Assembly: GCA_017882925.1 (NCBI GenBank)
Contig: JADGOM010000067.1
Location: 1 to 43,581 of the forward strand
DNA from: Acidimicrobiia bacterium
Lineage (GTDB): Bacteria > Actinomycetota > Acidimicrobiia > IMCC26256 > Chersky-534
Direction of reading: 5' to 3'
DNA: 43,581 bases
How positions within the stretch are numbered: position 1 is the stretch's first letter; each line of letters begins with the position of its first letter. This document shows positions 1 through 8,618 of the stretch, one piece after another. A program made the position numbers and the translations under genes. The notes beneath the pieces were generated by a model that had not been told where the DNA came from, ran no database searches, and saw nothing but the letters and a program-made list of their open reading frames with translations.

Positions 1-28
1 ATGCGGCCGCGCGCCGCTCGCGCCCCCG

Positions 29-1420
29 GTGGCCCGGCGCGTGTCGCGCCAGGTCGCGATCGCCCGCGCGCGCCGGACGCGCCGCCGCCGGATCCGTTCG
101 CTCGTCGGGCTCGGCTCGGTGCTGCTCATCGGCTTCGCGACCGCGTTCGCGCTCGACCAGCAGGTACGGGCCGACGTGCGGTCGACCGACGCACGGATCG
201 ACGACGTGCGGTCGCAGCGCCGCGCGGCCGCGGCCGCGTTCGCGAGCGCGGCGACCGGGATCCGCGGGACGAACCTCACCACGGCCACCGTGGTCGCCGA
301 CACCGAGGCGGCGATGGCGCAGCGCGACTCCACCCACACCACGCTCACCGAGACCGCGCAGCAGCTCACCAACACCCAGTCGGTGCTCGGCACGGCCAAC
401 CTCTCGGCCTTCTACCAGGGCACCGAGCTCGGGCTGCTGAACAACTGCCTGGGCGGACTCCAGAAGACCTACACCGGCCTCGCCCAGAACAACGACACCA
501 CCGCGTTCGCCGCGCTCCAGAGCGTCTCCGCGAGCTGCAACGCGTCGGCGAAGTCGTCGTCGGCCAGCGAGGTCTTCGCGTTCGACTTCGCCGACCCGTA
601 CGTCCTCCGCGTCGGGGACGTGTACTACGGCTACTCGACCAACGCGGGGGGAGGCGACATCCAGGTGGTCGCCTCCACCGACCTCAAGCAATGGACCTGG
701 CTGCCCAACGCGCTCGCGAAGCTGCCGGGGTGGGCCCAGCCCGACCGCACGTGGGCGCCCGCGGTCCTCCCCCGCCCCGGCGGCTACGTCGCCTACTACA
801 CGGTGCGCAACGCGGCGTCGGGCCAGCAGTGCCTGTCGCGCGCGTTCTCCACCAAGCCCGACGGCGGCTTCTCCGACACGTCGACCGGTCCCTTGGTCTG
901 CCAGAGCAACCTCGGCGGGACGATCGACCCGAGCCCGTTCGTCGACCGCGACGGCCGCGCCTACCTCCTGTTCAAGAGCGACGCGTCACCCGGTCGGATC
1001 TGGGTCCAGGGGCTCGCGCCCGACGGCCTCAGCGTCACGGGCTCGCCGGTCCAGCTCATCCACGCCGACCAGAGCTGGGAGCAGGGCGTGGTGGAGGGCC
1101 CGGCGGTGATCACACACAACGGGAAGTACTACCTGTTCTATTCGGGCAACGACTGGAGGACGCGCAGCTACGCGATCGGCTACGCCGTGTGCTCGTCGAT
1201 CACCGGCCCCTGCACGAAGCACGCCAACCCGGTGCTCGGCTCCACGGGCAACCTCGCGGGCCCGGGCGGGCAGGAGTTCTTCACCACGCCGTTCGGCGCG
1301 CTGGAGATGGCGTTCCACGCGTACACGGAGCCCGACATCGGCTACCCCAACTCGCGCACGCTGCACACGATGCCGGTCACGTGGTTCGGCGACGTCCCGG
1401 TGCTCAACGTCGCCGGCTGA
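29..1420 (+). CDS. membrane-anchored glycoside hydrolase family 43-like protein
   Basis: 463-aa ORF with a GTG start. It has an Arg-rich N-terminus, one hydrophobic helix (LVGLGSVLLIGFATAFAL) and a ~150-aa linker. GH43-type propeller motifs follow: FADPYVLRVGDVYYGYSTN, WAPAVL, IDPSPFVDRDGRAYLLFKSD, VEGPAVITHNGKYYLFYSGNDW. Confidence 0.8.
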   Translation: MARRVSRQVAIARARRTRRRRIRSLVGLGSVLLIGFATAFALDQQVRADVRSTDARIDDVRSQRRAAAAAFASAATGIRGTNLTTATVVADTEAAMAQRDSTHTTLTETAQQLTNTQSVLGTANLSAFYQGTELGLLNNCLGGLQKTYTGLAQNNDTTAFAALQSVSASCNASAKSSSASEVFAFDFADPYVLRVGDVYYGYSTNAGGGDIQVVASTDLKQWTWLPNALAKLPGWAQPDRTWAPAVLPRPGGYVAYYTVRNAASGQQCLSRAFSTKPDGGFSDTSTGPLVCQSNLGGTIDPSPFVDRDGRAYLLFKSDASPGRIWVQGLAPDGLSVTGSPVQLIHADQSWEQGVVEGPAVITHNGKYYLFYSGNDWRTRSYAIGYAVCSSITGPCTKHANPVLGSTGNLAGPGGQEFFTTPFGALEMAFHAYTEPDIGYPNSRTLHTMPVTWFGDVPVLNVAG

Positions 1421-1430
1421 CGCCGGCCCG

Positions 1431-1487
1431 CGACGCTCCCGGTCAGCGCATCCGCGCGACGCTCCCGGTCAGCGCATCCGCGCGACG
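1431..1487. repeat. perfect 26-bp tandem duplication (2.2 copies) covering the stop codon of the quinone oxidoreductase gene
   Basis: The unit cgacgctcccggtcagcgcatccgcg is read at 1431-1456 and again at 1457-1482. A partial third copy (cgacg) follows at 1483-1487. Copy 2 contains the real stop (tca, 1469-1471, minus strand). Confidence 0.9.
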
Positions 1488-2461
1488 ACCTTGCCCCAGG
1501 TGCCGCGGGTCGCGAGGCGGTCGAGCGCCTGCGGGACCTCCTCGAGGTCGAGCTCCTGCGAGACGAGCGGATCGATGGCGCCGGCGTCGAACAGCCGCAT
1601 GAGCTCGGTGTGGGTGTCGGCGATCACCTGCGGGTTCATCAGCGCGTAGAGCCCCCAGTGCACCCCGACCACGGAGTAGTTCTTGATCAACGCGTGGTTG
1701 GTGGGCGCGTCGGCCATCCGGCCGCTGGTGAAGCCGATGATGAGGATGCGGCCCTCGAACGCGATGCACTTCCGCGAGCGGTCGAACGTGTCGCCGCCCA
1801 CCGGGTCGTAGATCACGTCGGCCCCGAGCCCGTCGGTGGCGGCCTTCACCGCGTCGACGAAGTCTTCGGCGCGGTAGTCGACGACCACCTCGGCCCCGAG
1901 CTTGCGGCACACCTCGACCTTCTCGGGCCCGCCGGCCGTCGCGAAGACGCGCGCGCCCGCGGCCAGGCCGAGCTGGATCGCCGCGCTGCCCACGCCACCG
2001 GCGCCCGCGTGGACGAGGAGCGTCTCCCCCGGCTGGATGTGGGCCCGGCGGTGCAGGGCCACGTGACCGGTCTGGTAGGTGACGAAGAGCGAAGCGGCCG
2101 CGGACCAGCCCATCGACTCGGGGATCTCGTGGATGGCGCCCAGCGGTGCGGTGGTGGCCTCGGCCAGGCCGCCCGGCCCGAAGTTGGGGATGCCGAGGAC
2201 GCGGCGTCCGATCCAGCCCGGGTCGACGCCCTCACCCACCGCGCGAACGGTGCCCGCGACCTCGGCCCCCGGCGTGAACGGGAGCGGCGGCTTCATCTGG
2301 TAGTGGCCCCGGCACATGAGGACGTCGGGGAAGTTGAGGGCCGCCGCCTCGACGTCGATCGCCACCTCGCCGGGGCCGGGCTCGGGGGCCTCGAGGTCTT
2401 CCAGCACCAGCACGTCGGCCGGTTCTCCCAGCTCGTGGACCCGCCACGCCCGCATCCGCAT
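1469..2461 (-). CDS. NADPH:quinone oxidoreductase / zeta-crystallin-type MDR oxidoreductase
   Basis: This is the 3' 330 codons of track ORF 1469..3460, starting at MRMRAWRVHELGEP. MDR features: PGPGEVAIDVEAAALNFPD, GxGxxG-like HAGAGGVGSAAIQL, and a C-terminal GKVV. The upstream part of the track ORF is Arg/Gly junk overlapping the opposite-strand genes. Confidence 0.85.
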   Translation of the reverse strand: MRMRAWRVHELGEPADVLVLEDLEAPEPGPGEVAIDVEAAALNFPDVLMCRGHYQMKPPLPFTPGAEVAGTVRAVGEGVDPGWIGRRVLGIPNFGPGGLAEATTAPLGAIHEIPESMGWSAAASLFVTYQTGHVALHRRAHIQPGETLLVHAGAGGVGSAAIQLGLAAGARVFATAGGPEKVEVCRKLGAEVVVDYRAEDFVDAVKAATDGLGADVIYDPVGGDTFDRSRKCIAFEGRILIIGFTSGRMADAPTNHALIKNYSVVGVHWGLYALMNPQVIADTHTELMRLFDAGAIDPLVSQELDLEEVPQALDRLATRGTWGKVVARMR

Positions 2462-2521
2462 CTCCGTCGCTCTCGGTGCTGATCGTCGATGCACCGTAGC
2501 GGTCCCGGCTACGTTGAACCC

Positions 2522-2983
2522 ATGGCAAAACAACCGCAAAGACTCCTGGTCGACGGCATCAACGTCATCGGGGCCCGGGAAGACCGCTGGTGGCGGGACC
2601 GCGAAGGCGCGACCCGCACGCTGGCCGAGCAGCTCGTGCTCATGGCCGCGGGGGGAGCCGAGGTGACGTTGGTCCTCGACGGGCGTGAGGTCGAGGGCCT
2701 GCCCGACGGCGAGTACCAGGGCATCACGATCCGCTACGCGCACAAGCGCGGCCGCGACGCCGCCGACGACCGCGTCGCCGAGGTCGTGAAGGCCAACCCC
2801 GACATCCCCACCCTCGTCGTCGTCACCTCCGACCGGGAGCTGCGGGCCCGGGTCACGGCGCTCGGCGCCAAGGTGCAAGGCGCGATGACCCTGCTGCGGA
2901 AGCTCGACACCCTCACCGCGGCCGCCGAGGCGGCCAAGGCGGCGGCCGACGAGACCGTCGGGGAACCTGTCGCCGACTCCTAG
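2522..2983 (+). CDS. YacP/Rae1-like NYN (PIN-like) domain protein
   Basis: Starts at MAKQPQRLLVDGINVIG. The pattern LVDG.N.IG ... VLDG ... AADDRV ... VVTSDRELR matches the YacP-type NYN layout. Start chosen at the ATG at 2522 within track ORF 2489..2983. Confidence 0.7.
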   Translation: MAKQPQRLLVDGINVIGAREDRWWRDREGATRTLAEQLVLMAAGGAEVTLVLDGREVEGLPDGEYQGITIRYAHKRGRDAADDRVAEVVKANPDIPTLVVVTSDRELRARVTALGAKVQGAMTLLRKLDTLTAAAEAAKAAADETVGEPVADS

Positions 2984-2987
2984 CGTT

Positions 2988-4265
2988 GTGGACCCAGTGC
3001 CCCGGGTCCGATCCACCCTCCCCCTCCTCCTCGGCGCGGCGTTCCTCGTCGCGCCCTTCTTCGCGCCCGGAGCGGGAGCGGCGCCCCGCGCCACGGCCGC
3101 GCCGCGGCTCCCGGCCGCCACCGACGCGGTCCGCCGGGTCAGCGCGACCGTCGGCGAGCCGACGTCGATCCCGCTGGCCGACAGCCCCGCACGCGAGCTG
3201 CGCGTCACCGGCCTGCCGGGCGGTGCGCGGGTCGTCGACCGCGCCATCGTCTGGACACCGCGCTCCGCCGGTGAGTGGACCGCGGTCGTCGAGGCGGGCC
3301 CGACCGGGAACCAGAAGGTCGCGTTCACGACTGGCGCGTCGCGCAAGGCCGCCGGCTCGACCATTCGCCGGATCACGCTGGTGAGCCGCTTCCCGGCCCG
3401 CCCGGGCGCGGTCGTGGCGATGGGCGACTCGGTGGCCGCAGGCCAGGGCCTCCAGCTCACCGACTACTTCGGCGGCGACTCCTGCTGGCGCGCCGGTGAC
3501 CGCAACTACCCGCACCGGATCCTCGCGGCCTGGGCGAAGCTGCACCCCGGGACCCCGACCGAGGTCGCCACCGTCGCGTGCAGCGGCTTCGACTCCGCGG
3601 ATCTCATGCGCGCCGGCGTCAAGGGCGGCATCCCCGGCACCGGGCCGGCGAACCGCGAGCTGCCCCAGCTCGACTGGGCGGTGCGGGCCAACCCCGGTCT
3701 GGTCACGATCACCGTCGGCGCCAACGACCTGCACTTCGACCGGCCCGAGGAGTCGCTCCACCGCGACGGCACCATCGACCAGGGCGTCGTCGAGCAGCGG
3801 CTGCGCAGCTTCGGGCACAACCTCGCCGCGATCCTCGACCGGCTGCTCACGCGCACCGACGCCCGGATCGTCGTCACGACGTACGGCGACCCGGCCGCCG
3901 CGCACCCGGAGGGCGTCGACCACTGCCGTGACACGTGCTTCGCCCACGCGGTCACCGACATCGTCGGGCGCCTCGACGCCCGCATCGTCGCGACCGCCAC
4001 CGCCACCGGGTCGAGCCGGGTCAGCGTGGCCGACGTGCGCGACGCGTTCGTCGGCCACGGCGCACCCAACGGCATCGGGCCCGACGCGCTGCGGCTCGGC
4101 ACCAGCCTCGGGCGCACGGTGCAGGGCGCGTCGGCGTTCTGCTCGATCGGGCACCCCGGCGGCGACCCGTGGATCAACCCGATCGACTGCGTGCACCCCA
4201 ACGCAGCGGGCACCCGCGCCTACGCCGACGCGGTGACCGCCACCTTCACCGCGACCGCCGCCTGA
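2988..4265 (+). CDS. secreted SGNH/GDSL hydrolase with N-terminal Ig-like (He_PIG-type) domain
   Basis: GTG start with a Sec-type signal peptide (LPLLLGAAFLVAPFFAPGAGAAP). An Ig-like segment follows (LRVTGLPGGARVVDRAIVWTPRSAGEWTAVVEA). SGNH blocks are present: VAMGDSVAAGQG (I), ITVGANDL (III), DCVHPNAAG (V). Confidence 0.8.
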   Translation: MDPVPRVRSTLPLLLGAAFLVAPFFAPGAGAAPRATAAPRLPAATDAVRRVSATVGEPTSIPLADSPARELRVTGLPGGARVVDRAIVWTPRSAGEWTAVVEAGPTGNQKVAFTTGASRKAAGSTIRRITLVSRFPARPGAVVAMGDSVAAGQGLQLTDYFGGDSCWRAGDRNYPHRILAAWAKLHPGTPTEVATVACSGFDSADLMRAGVKGGIPGTGPANRELPQLDWAVRANPGLVTITVGANDLHFDRPEESLHRDGTIDQGVVEQRLRSFGHNLAAILDRLLTRTDARIVVTTYGDPAAAHPEGVDHCRDTCFAHAVTDIVGRLDARIVATATATGSSRVSVADVRDAFVGHGAPNGIGPDALRLGTSLGRTVQGASAFCSIGHPGGDPWINPIDCVHPNAAGTRAYADAVTATFTATAA

Positions 4266-4278
4266 TTCTCTAGGCGCG

Positions 4279-4305
4279 GTAGGAGTACCGCAGAGGTGCT
4301 CCTAC
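4279..4305. terminator. candidate bidirectional stem-loop between convergent genes
   Basis: gtaggag(ta) ... (tg)ctcctac gives a 7-bp perfect stem. It extends to 9 bp with one G-T pair and has a 9-nt loop. It lies in the 52-bp gap between the SGNH stop (4265) and the PIG-L stop (4318). No clear T-tract. Confidence 0.35.
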
Positions 4306-4317
4306 GGCGGCTTGGAA

Positions 4318-5034
4318 CTACGCGGTGCCGACGAAGCGGAACGCCTCCGCGTAGCTTCCGTCGGGCAACGCCGCGAGCCGCGCGGTTTCGGCCGCGTGCT
4401 CCCGCAGGCGCACGCGCATGGCGTCGGGATCGGGGAGCTGGCTCGCGTGGCACAGCAGGGCTTCGAGCTTCCGGTCGATGTGGTCGGTGATATCGGTGAA
4501 GCGGTCGGGATCACCCGCGCCGAGCAACCAGACCTCCGGCACCGACCATGGCTCGTAGCCCTCGGCGAGCAGCTCGGGGTGGGCGAACTGGTTGCGCGCG
4601 TCGGGGTACACCGCGCTGAGCGCGGCGTCGCCGACCGCGAGATGGTCGGGATGGCTCACGAAGATGCGCGTGAAGTCGCGGTCGGGACTGGAGCACAGCA
4701 CGCGTTGCGGGCGCACGACGCGGATCACCCGCGAGATGTCGCGCCGGAGCTCGAGGGTCGACTCGAGCCGGCCGTCGGGGTAGCCGAGCCAGTGGATGTC
4801 GGTGACGCCGAGGACCGCCGCGGCCGCGGTCTGCTCGCGCCGCCGCAGCTGCGCCAGGTCGGCCCGGCTGATGCTCGCGTCGGATCCGCCCGCGTCGCCG
4901 TCGGTGGCGATGCAATAGGCGACCGCGCGGCCTTCGGACGTCCAGCGCGCGATCGAGCCGGCCGAGCTGAAGTCGACGTCGTCGGGGTGCGCGACCACCA
5001 CGAGCACGCGCTCGATGTCGGGCTCGCCGGTCAT
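4318..5034 (-). CDS. PIG-L family (LmbE-like) deacetylase
   Basis: 238 aa. The N-terminal VLVVVAHPDDVDFSSAG motif (AHPDD) and HPDH later in the protein are typical of PIG-L/MshB/Mca-type metallo-deacetylases. Its ATG overlaps the upstream stop (ATGA, 5031-5034). Confidence 0.85.
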   Translation of the reverse strand: MTGEPDIERVLVVVAHPDDVDFSSAGSIARWTSEGRAVAYCIATDGDAGGSDASISRADLAQLRRREQTAAAAVLGVTDIHWLGYPDGRLESTLELRRDISRVIRVVRPQRVLCSSPDRDFTRIFVSHPDHLAVGDAALSAVYPDARNQFAHPELLAEGYEPWSVPEVWLLGAGDPDRFTDITDHIDRKLEALLCHASQLPDPDAMRVRLREHAAETARLAALPDGSYAEAFRFVGTA

Positions 5035-5567
5035 GCGACCTCCACCTCACCGCGCTGCACCTCGGCACAGAGCGCGTCGACGAGCGGCAGCAGCTCGGCC
5101 GCGCAGGCGTGGAACACGGCTTCGTCGCCCCCGGCGGGGTCGACGACCTCTTCCCAGTCCTCCACCGCGACGTCGGCCAGGCCGAGCGACGCGACCCGCG
5201 CGCTCAACGGCCCCGACGTGGCGGGGAGGTCGCGCACGAAGCGCTTGAGCGTCGCGGTGCGCGCCGCGGCGCGGGCGTGGCTGCGCCGGACGTACTGCAC
5301 GTGCTCGGGCGCGAGCGCCACGACGAGGTCGGACTTCCGCAGGTCCTCCTCGGTGAGCTGGTGGCTGCGGTGCATCGGGTTGGTGATGCCCACGCCGTCG
5401 AGCGCGTTGCGGGTGCGGATGCTCATCGGCATGCCCTCCACCACGTGCGTGCCCGCGGTGATGGTGGTGAGCCCGGGGAAGCGGGCCTCGAGCATCGCGC
5501 CGCACATCACGCTGCGGGCCGCGTTGCCGGTGCAGAGGAAGAGAACGATGGGCGCGGAGTCGGACAT
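5031..5567 (-). CDS. low-molecular-weight phosphotyrosine phosphatase / ArsC-fold protein with C-terminal extension
   Basis: Begins MSDSAPIVLFLCTGNAARSVM. The CX5R(S) P-loop CTGNAARS sits at the N-terminus. This is the 3' 178 codons of track ORF 5031..6086. The stop overlaps the PIG-L start by 4 nt. Confidence 0.8.
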   Translation of the reverse strand: MSDSAPIVLFLCTGNAARSVMCGAMLEARFPGLTTITAGTHVVEGMPMSIRTRNALDGVGITNPMHRSHQLTEEDLRKSDLVVALAPEHVQYVRRSHARAAARTATLKRFVRDLPATSGPLSARVASLGLADVAVEDWEEVVDPAGGDEAVFHACAAELLPLVDALCAEVQRGEVEVA

Positions 5568-5644
5568 GGGCTCCGAACCTAGCGGCCCCCGGTTCCCCCG
5601 CCTGCCCGTCGGGCCCGGACCCCGGCCCCGGCCCGGGCCGCGGA

Positions 5645-6019
5645 TCAGTACTGGTTGATCAGGAACTCGGCCGCGTTGGCGAAGTAGGCGAGCAGCTGCT
5701 GCTCGATCTCGGGGTCGACGTCGCCCTCCCGGAGCGCGGCGCTCATCGCAGCGAACCACGCCCGGGCCTGGTCGGGCCCGATCACGAACGGCGCGTGGCG
5801 CATCCGGAGCCGGGGATGCCCGCGCTCCTCGCTGTAGGTGCCCGGGCCACCCCAGTACTGCACGAGGAACCCGGCCAGGTGCGCCTTCCCCGGCTCGAGG
5901 TCGTCGGGGTAGAGCGGCCGCAGCAGGGGGTCCTGCTCCACGTGCACGTAGAACCGCTCCACCAGTGCGGTGAAGAACGCGGTGCCGCCGACCTGCTCGT
6001 AGACCGTCGTCCCATCCAT
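5645..6019 (-). CDS. glbO: group II truncated haemoglobin (trHbO)
   Basis: 124 aa. MDGTTVYEQVGG..FF..LV..FY..V..DP.LRPLYP ... FLVQYWGGPGTYSEERGHPRLRMRHAPFVI is the characteristic GlbO pattern. Confidence 0.85.
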   Translation of the reverse strand: MDGTTVYEQVGGTAFFTALVERFYVHVEQDPLLRPLYPDDLEPGKAHLAGFLVQYWGGPGTYSEERGHPRLRMRHAPFVIGPDQARAWFAAMSAALREGDVDPEIEQQLLAYFANAAEFLINQY

Positions 6020-6051
6020 CGCCGCCAGTCTGCCCGCGTACGATCGGCCGC

Positions 6052-6438
6052 ATGACAGTCACGGGCATGGCCAACCTCGCCATCAAGGTCGCCGACCTCG
6101 ACGCCGCGATCGCGTTCTACGAGCGGAGCGGGGCGATCGTCCGCGACCGCATGGTCTGGAACGGCGCCGAGCGGGCCGACGTGTTCCTCGGCCCGATCAT
6201 GATCACCCTCTTCACCCGCGCCATCTACGAGGACCAGATCGAGCTCCCGCCCGACTGCTTTCTCCACCCCGCGCTCTTCACCGACGACCTCGACGCCGAG
6301 CTCGCGACACACGCCGTCCTCTGGGGCCCCGAGGTCGTCAGCGGCACCTTCGGCACCCGCCGCATCGCCTTCGTCGAAGCCCCCGGTGGCATCCGCCTCG
6401 AGTTCATGGAGCAGCTCGCGCCCCCGCCCGCCACCTAG
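6052..6438 (+). CDS. VOC (glyoxalase/bleomycin-resistance/dioxygenase) family protein
   Basis: 128 aa with the typical VOC beginning ANLAIKVADLDAAIAFYE and the end RIAFVEAPGGIRLEFME. The start could instead be the ATG at 6067. Confidence 0.7.
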   Translation: MTVTGMANLAIKVADLDAAIAFYERSGAIVRDRMVWNGAERADVFLGPIMITLFTRAIYEDQIELPPDCFLHPALFTDDLDAELATHAVLWGPEVVSGTFGTRRIAFVEAPGGIRLEFMEQLAPPPAT

Positions 6439-6520
6439 TGCGTCCACGGAGCCCGATATGCGGGTCTGGTGGACACCCTTGGCGGGGCCGGGCGACGGGG
6501 GGCTCGCTACGATCGCAGCC

Positions 6521-6889
6521 ATGAAGGTGACGCGGGTCGGGCACGTGAGCGTGAACGTCGAGGGGAACCTCGAGGAGAGCAAGGCGTTCTACAACGACCT
6601 GTTCGGGCTCGAGGACCACACCGGGCGACCCGAGATCCCCGGCGTCCCGGGATACTGGCAGCACATCGGCCCGGTCGAGCTGCACCTCGTGGGTGCACCG
6701 CACCGGGGAAGTGGGATCGACCCCACGGGCCCCCACTTCTGCCTCTACGTCGACGACCTCGACGCCGCGATCACCGAGCTCGACGAGCGCGCGATCCCCT
6801 ACGTGCGCGGCGCGCAGGGGCCCGTCGTGCAGATCTGGGTCACCGACCCGGCCGGCAACACCGTCGAGCTGCAGCAGGACCGCGCGTGA
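6521..6889 (+). CDS. VOC (glyoxalase) family protein
   Basis: Starts MKVTRVGHVSVNVEGNLEESKAFYNDLFGL, with HFCLYVDDLDAAITEL and VTDPAGNTVELQQ. The ATG at 6521 lies inside track ORF 6386..6889. Confidence 0.75.
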   Translation: MKVTRVGHVSVNVEGNLEESKAFYNDLFGLEDHTGRPEIPGVPGYWQHIGPVELHLVGAPHRGSGIDPTGPHFCLYVDDLDAAITELDERAIPYVRGAQGPVVQIWVTDPAGNTVELQQDRA

Positions 6890-7599
6890 GCGACGCCCGC
6901 AGCTGGATCGACCGCGAGGAGGAGCCGGGCGTCGTCCCCACCCCCGCGGCGACGGTCATCCTGCTGCGCGACTCCGACACCGGGCCCGAGACCCTGATGC
7001 TGCACCGCAACTCGAAGCTCGCGTTCGCGGGCGGCGCGTGGGTCTTCCCCGGTGGCAAGGTCGAGCCCGAAGACTTCGATCCCGACCGCCCCGACGACAC
7101 GCGGATCGCCGCCCGCAACGCGGCCGCGCGCGAGGCGATGGAGGAGGCCGACCTCGCCGTCGACGTCGACGAGCTCGTGCCGTTCGCGCACTGGTTGCCG
7201 CCGGCCGTCGCCCCGAAGCGCTTCGCCACCTGGTTCTTCCTCGCCCCGACTCCCCCGGGCGCGGTCACGATCGACGGCAGCGAGATCCACGACCACGAGT
7301 GGATGCGGCCCGAAGACATGCTCCGGCGCCGCGAGGCCCTGGAGTACGAGCTCCTGCCTCCCACCTGGGTGACGCTCCACTTCCTCTCGCAGTTCGCCAC
7401 CGTGACCGACGCGCTGGCGGCCGCCCGCGCCACCGACGTGGAGTACTTCGAGACGCGCTTCGCCCCCTGCGAGGGTGGCGTGATCTCGATGTGGGCCGGC
7501 GACGCGGGCTACGAGACCAACGATCCCGATCTCCCGGGCGGCCGCCACCGGCTCCGGATGCTCGACTCCGGCTGGCTCTACGAGCGCACCCCGGGCTGA
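6886..7599 (+). CDS. NUDIX-family hydrolase
   Basis: The GTG at 6886 overlaps the preceding TGA (GTGA). AATVILLR...LMLHR...[10 protein letters not shown]....[11 protein letters not shown] resembles a NUDIX box with an inserted loop. It is in frame with track ORF 6469..7599. Confidence 0.7.
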   Translation: MSDARSWIDREEEPGVVPTPAATVILLRDSDTGPETLMLHRNSKLAFAGGAWVFPGGKVEPEDFDPDRPDDTRIAARNAAAREAMEEADLAVDVDELVPFAHWLPPAVAPKRFATWFFLAPTPPGAVTIDGSEIHDHEWMRPEDMLRRREALEYELLPPTWVTLHFLSQFATVTDALAAARATDVEYFETRFAPCEGGVISMWAGDAGYETNDPDLPGGRHRLRMLDSGWLYERTPG

Positions 7600-7694
7600 C
7601 CCGGCCGGCCCCCTCGGGACCCCGCCCGGCCGTTCCCCCTCCGCCGCGGCCGCGATACGTTTCCGGTACCAGTTGTCACATCGGGGGGAACGTC

Positions 7695-8543
7695 ATGGTG
7701 GATGCAGGGAAGTTCGGCTACGAGGGCCAGCGCGTGCTCGTCACGGGCGGCGGGTCGGGCATGGGCGAGGCAGCGGCCCGCATCCTGGGCGACCTCGGCG
7801 CCGAGGTCCACATCCTCGACGTGCGCAAGCCGACCGTGGCGAACCACGCGTTCCACGAGACCGATCTCGCCGACCCGAAGGCGATCGACGAGACCGTCGC
7901 CGCGGTCACCAAGGGCGGGAAGCTCGACGCGCTGTTCAACTGCGCCGGCCTGTCGCAGATCCACCCCCCGCAGAAGGTGATGCTGGTCAACTACCTCGGC
8001 CACCGCTACCTCACCGAGGCCCTGCTCGACCACATCCCCGAGGGCGGCGCGATCGCGTCGATCTCGTCCGGCGCCGGCGTCGGCTGGCAGGGCAACATGG
8101 CCAACTGCATGGAGCTCATCGGCCAGCCCGACTGGGCTGCGGGCAAGGCCTGGTGTGAGGCCCACCCGGTCGAGGTCCGCGAGGGCTACTCGTTCTCGAA
8201 GGAGACCATCATCGTGTGGGTCCTGATGAACGCCATGCGGCTCGGTAGCGAGCGCAAGATCCGCATCAACTGCATCGCCCCCGGGCCCACCGACACCAAC
8301 ATGATGCCGGAGATCGTCTCCGACGTCGGCCAGGACTTCATGGACTCGTACCCGAAGCCGCTCGGCCGCAACTCCACCGCCGAGGAGCAGGCGTGGCCGA
8401 TCGTCTTCCTCAACAGCCCCTCCGCCAGCGCGGTGAGCGGCAACGTGATCTACAGCGACCAGGGCTTCGCCGGCGGCCTGTTCACGGGCCAGGTCGACAT
8501 CGCCGCGATGATGGAGAGCGCGCTGAAGGCGAAGGGGATGTAG
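7695..8543 (+). CDS. SDR-family oxidoreductase
   Basis: Starts [28 protein letters not shown] (TGxxxGxG). NCAG is present, as are a YSFSK-type active site region and [22 protein letters not shown] lies 5 nt upstream of the ATG at 7695. Confidence 0.8.
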   Translation: MVDAGKFGYEGQRVLVTGGGSGMGEAAARILGDLGAEVHILDVRKPTVANHAFHETDLADPKAIDETVAAVTKGGKLDALFNCAGLSQIHPPQKVMLVNYLGHRYLTEALLDHIPEGGAIASISSGAGVGWQGNMANCMELIGQPDWAAGKAWCEAHPVEVREGYSFSKETIIVWVLMNAMRLGSERKIRINCIAPGPTDTNMMPEIVSDVGQDFMDSYPKPLGRNSTAEEQAWPIVFLNSPSASAVSGNVIYSDQGFAGGLFTGQVDIAAMMESALKAKGM

Positions 8544-8618
8544 CGATCCGCAGGCAGGAACAGGTCCGGGTGCCGCGCGGTTCGCTCCGGCAACAGATCC
8601 GAGATCCTGAGGTGACTG

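Noticed and set aside
2495-2513. Short inverted repeats in divergent promoter regions: CGTAGC-N7-GCTACG at 2495-2513, CCCACCG...CGGTGGG around 42600-42632, and GACGGCCGTC near 14933-14942.
   Set aside because: The arms are only 5-7 bp in GC-rich DNA. No adjacent regulator gene or repeated motif supports an operator assignment.
2462-3460. N-terminal extensions of track ORFs, for example 1469..3460, 32891..36673, 34987..37920, 28308..30392, 41360..43411 and 25284..27236.
   Set aside because: The extended parts run through neighbouring genes in another frame and lack protein-like composition. Conserved N-terminal motifs, RBSs and stop/start overlaps support the shorter starts used in the feature list.
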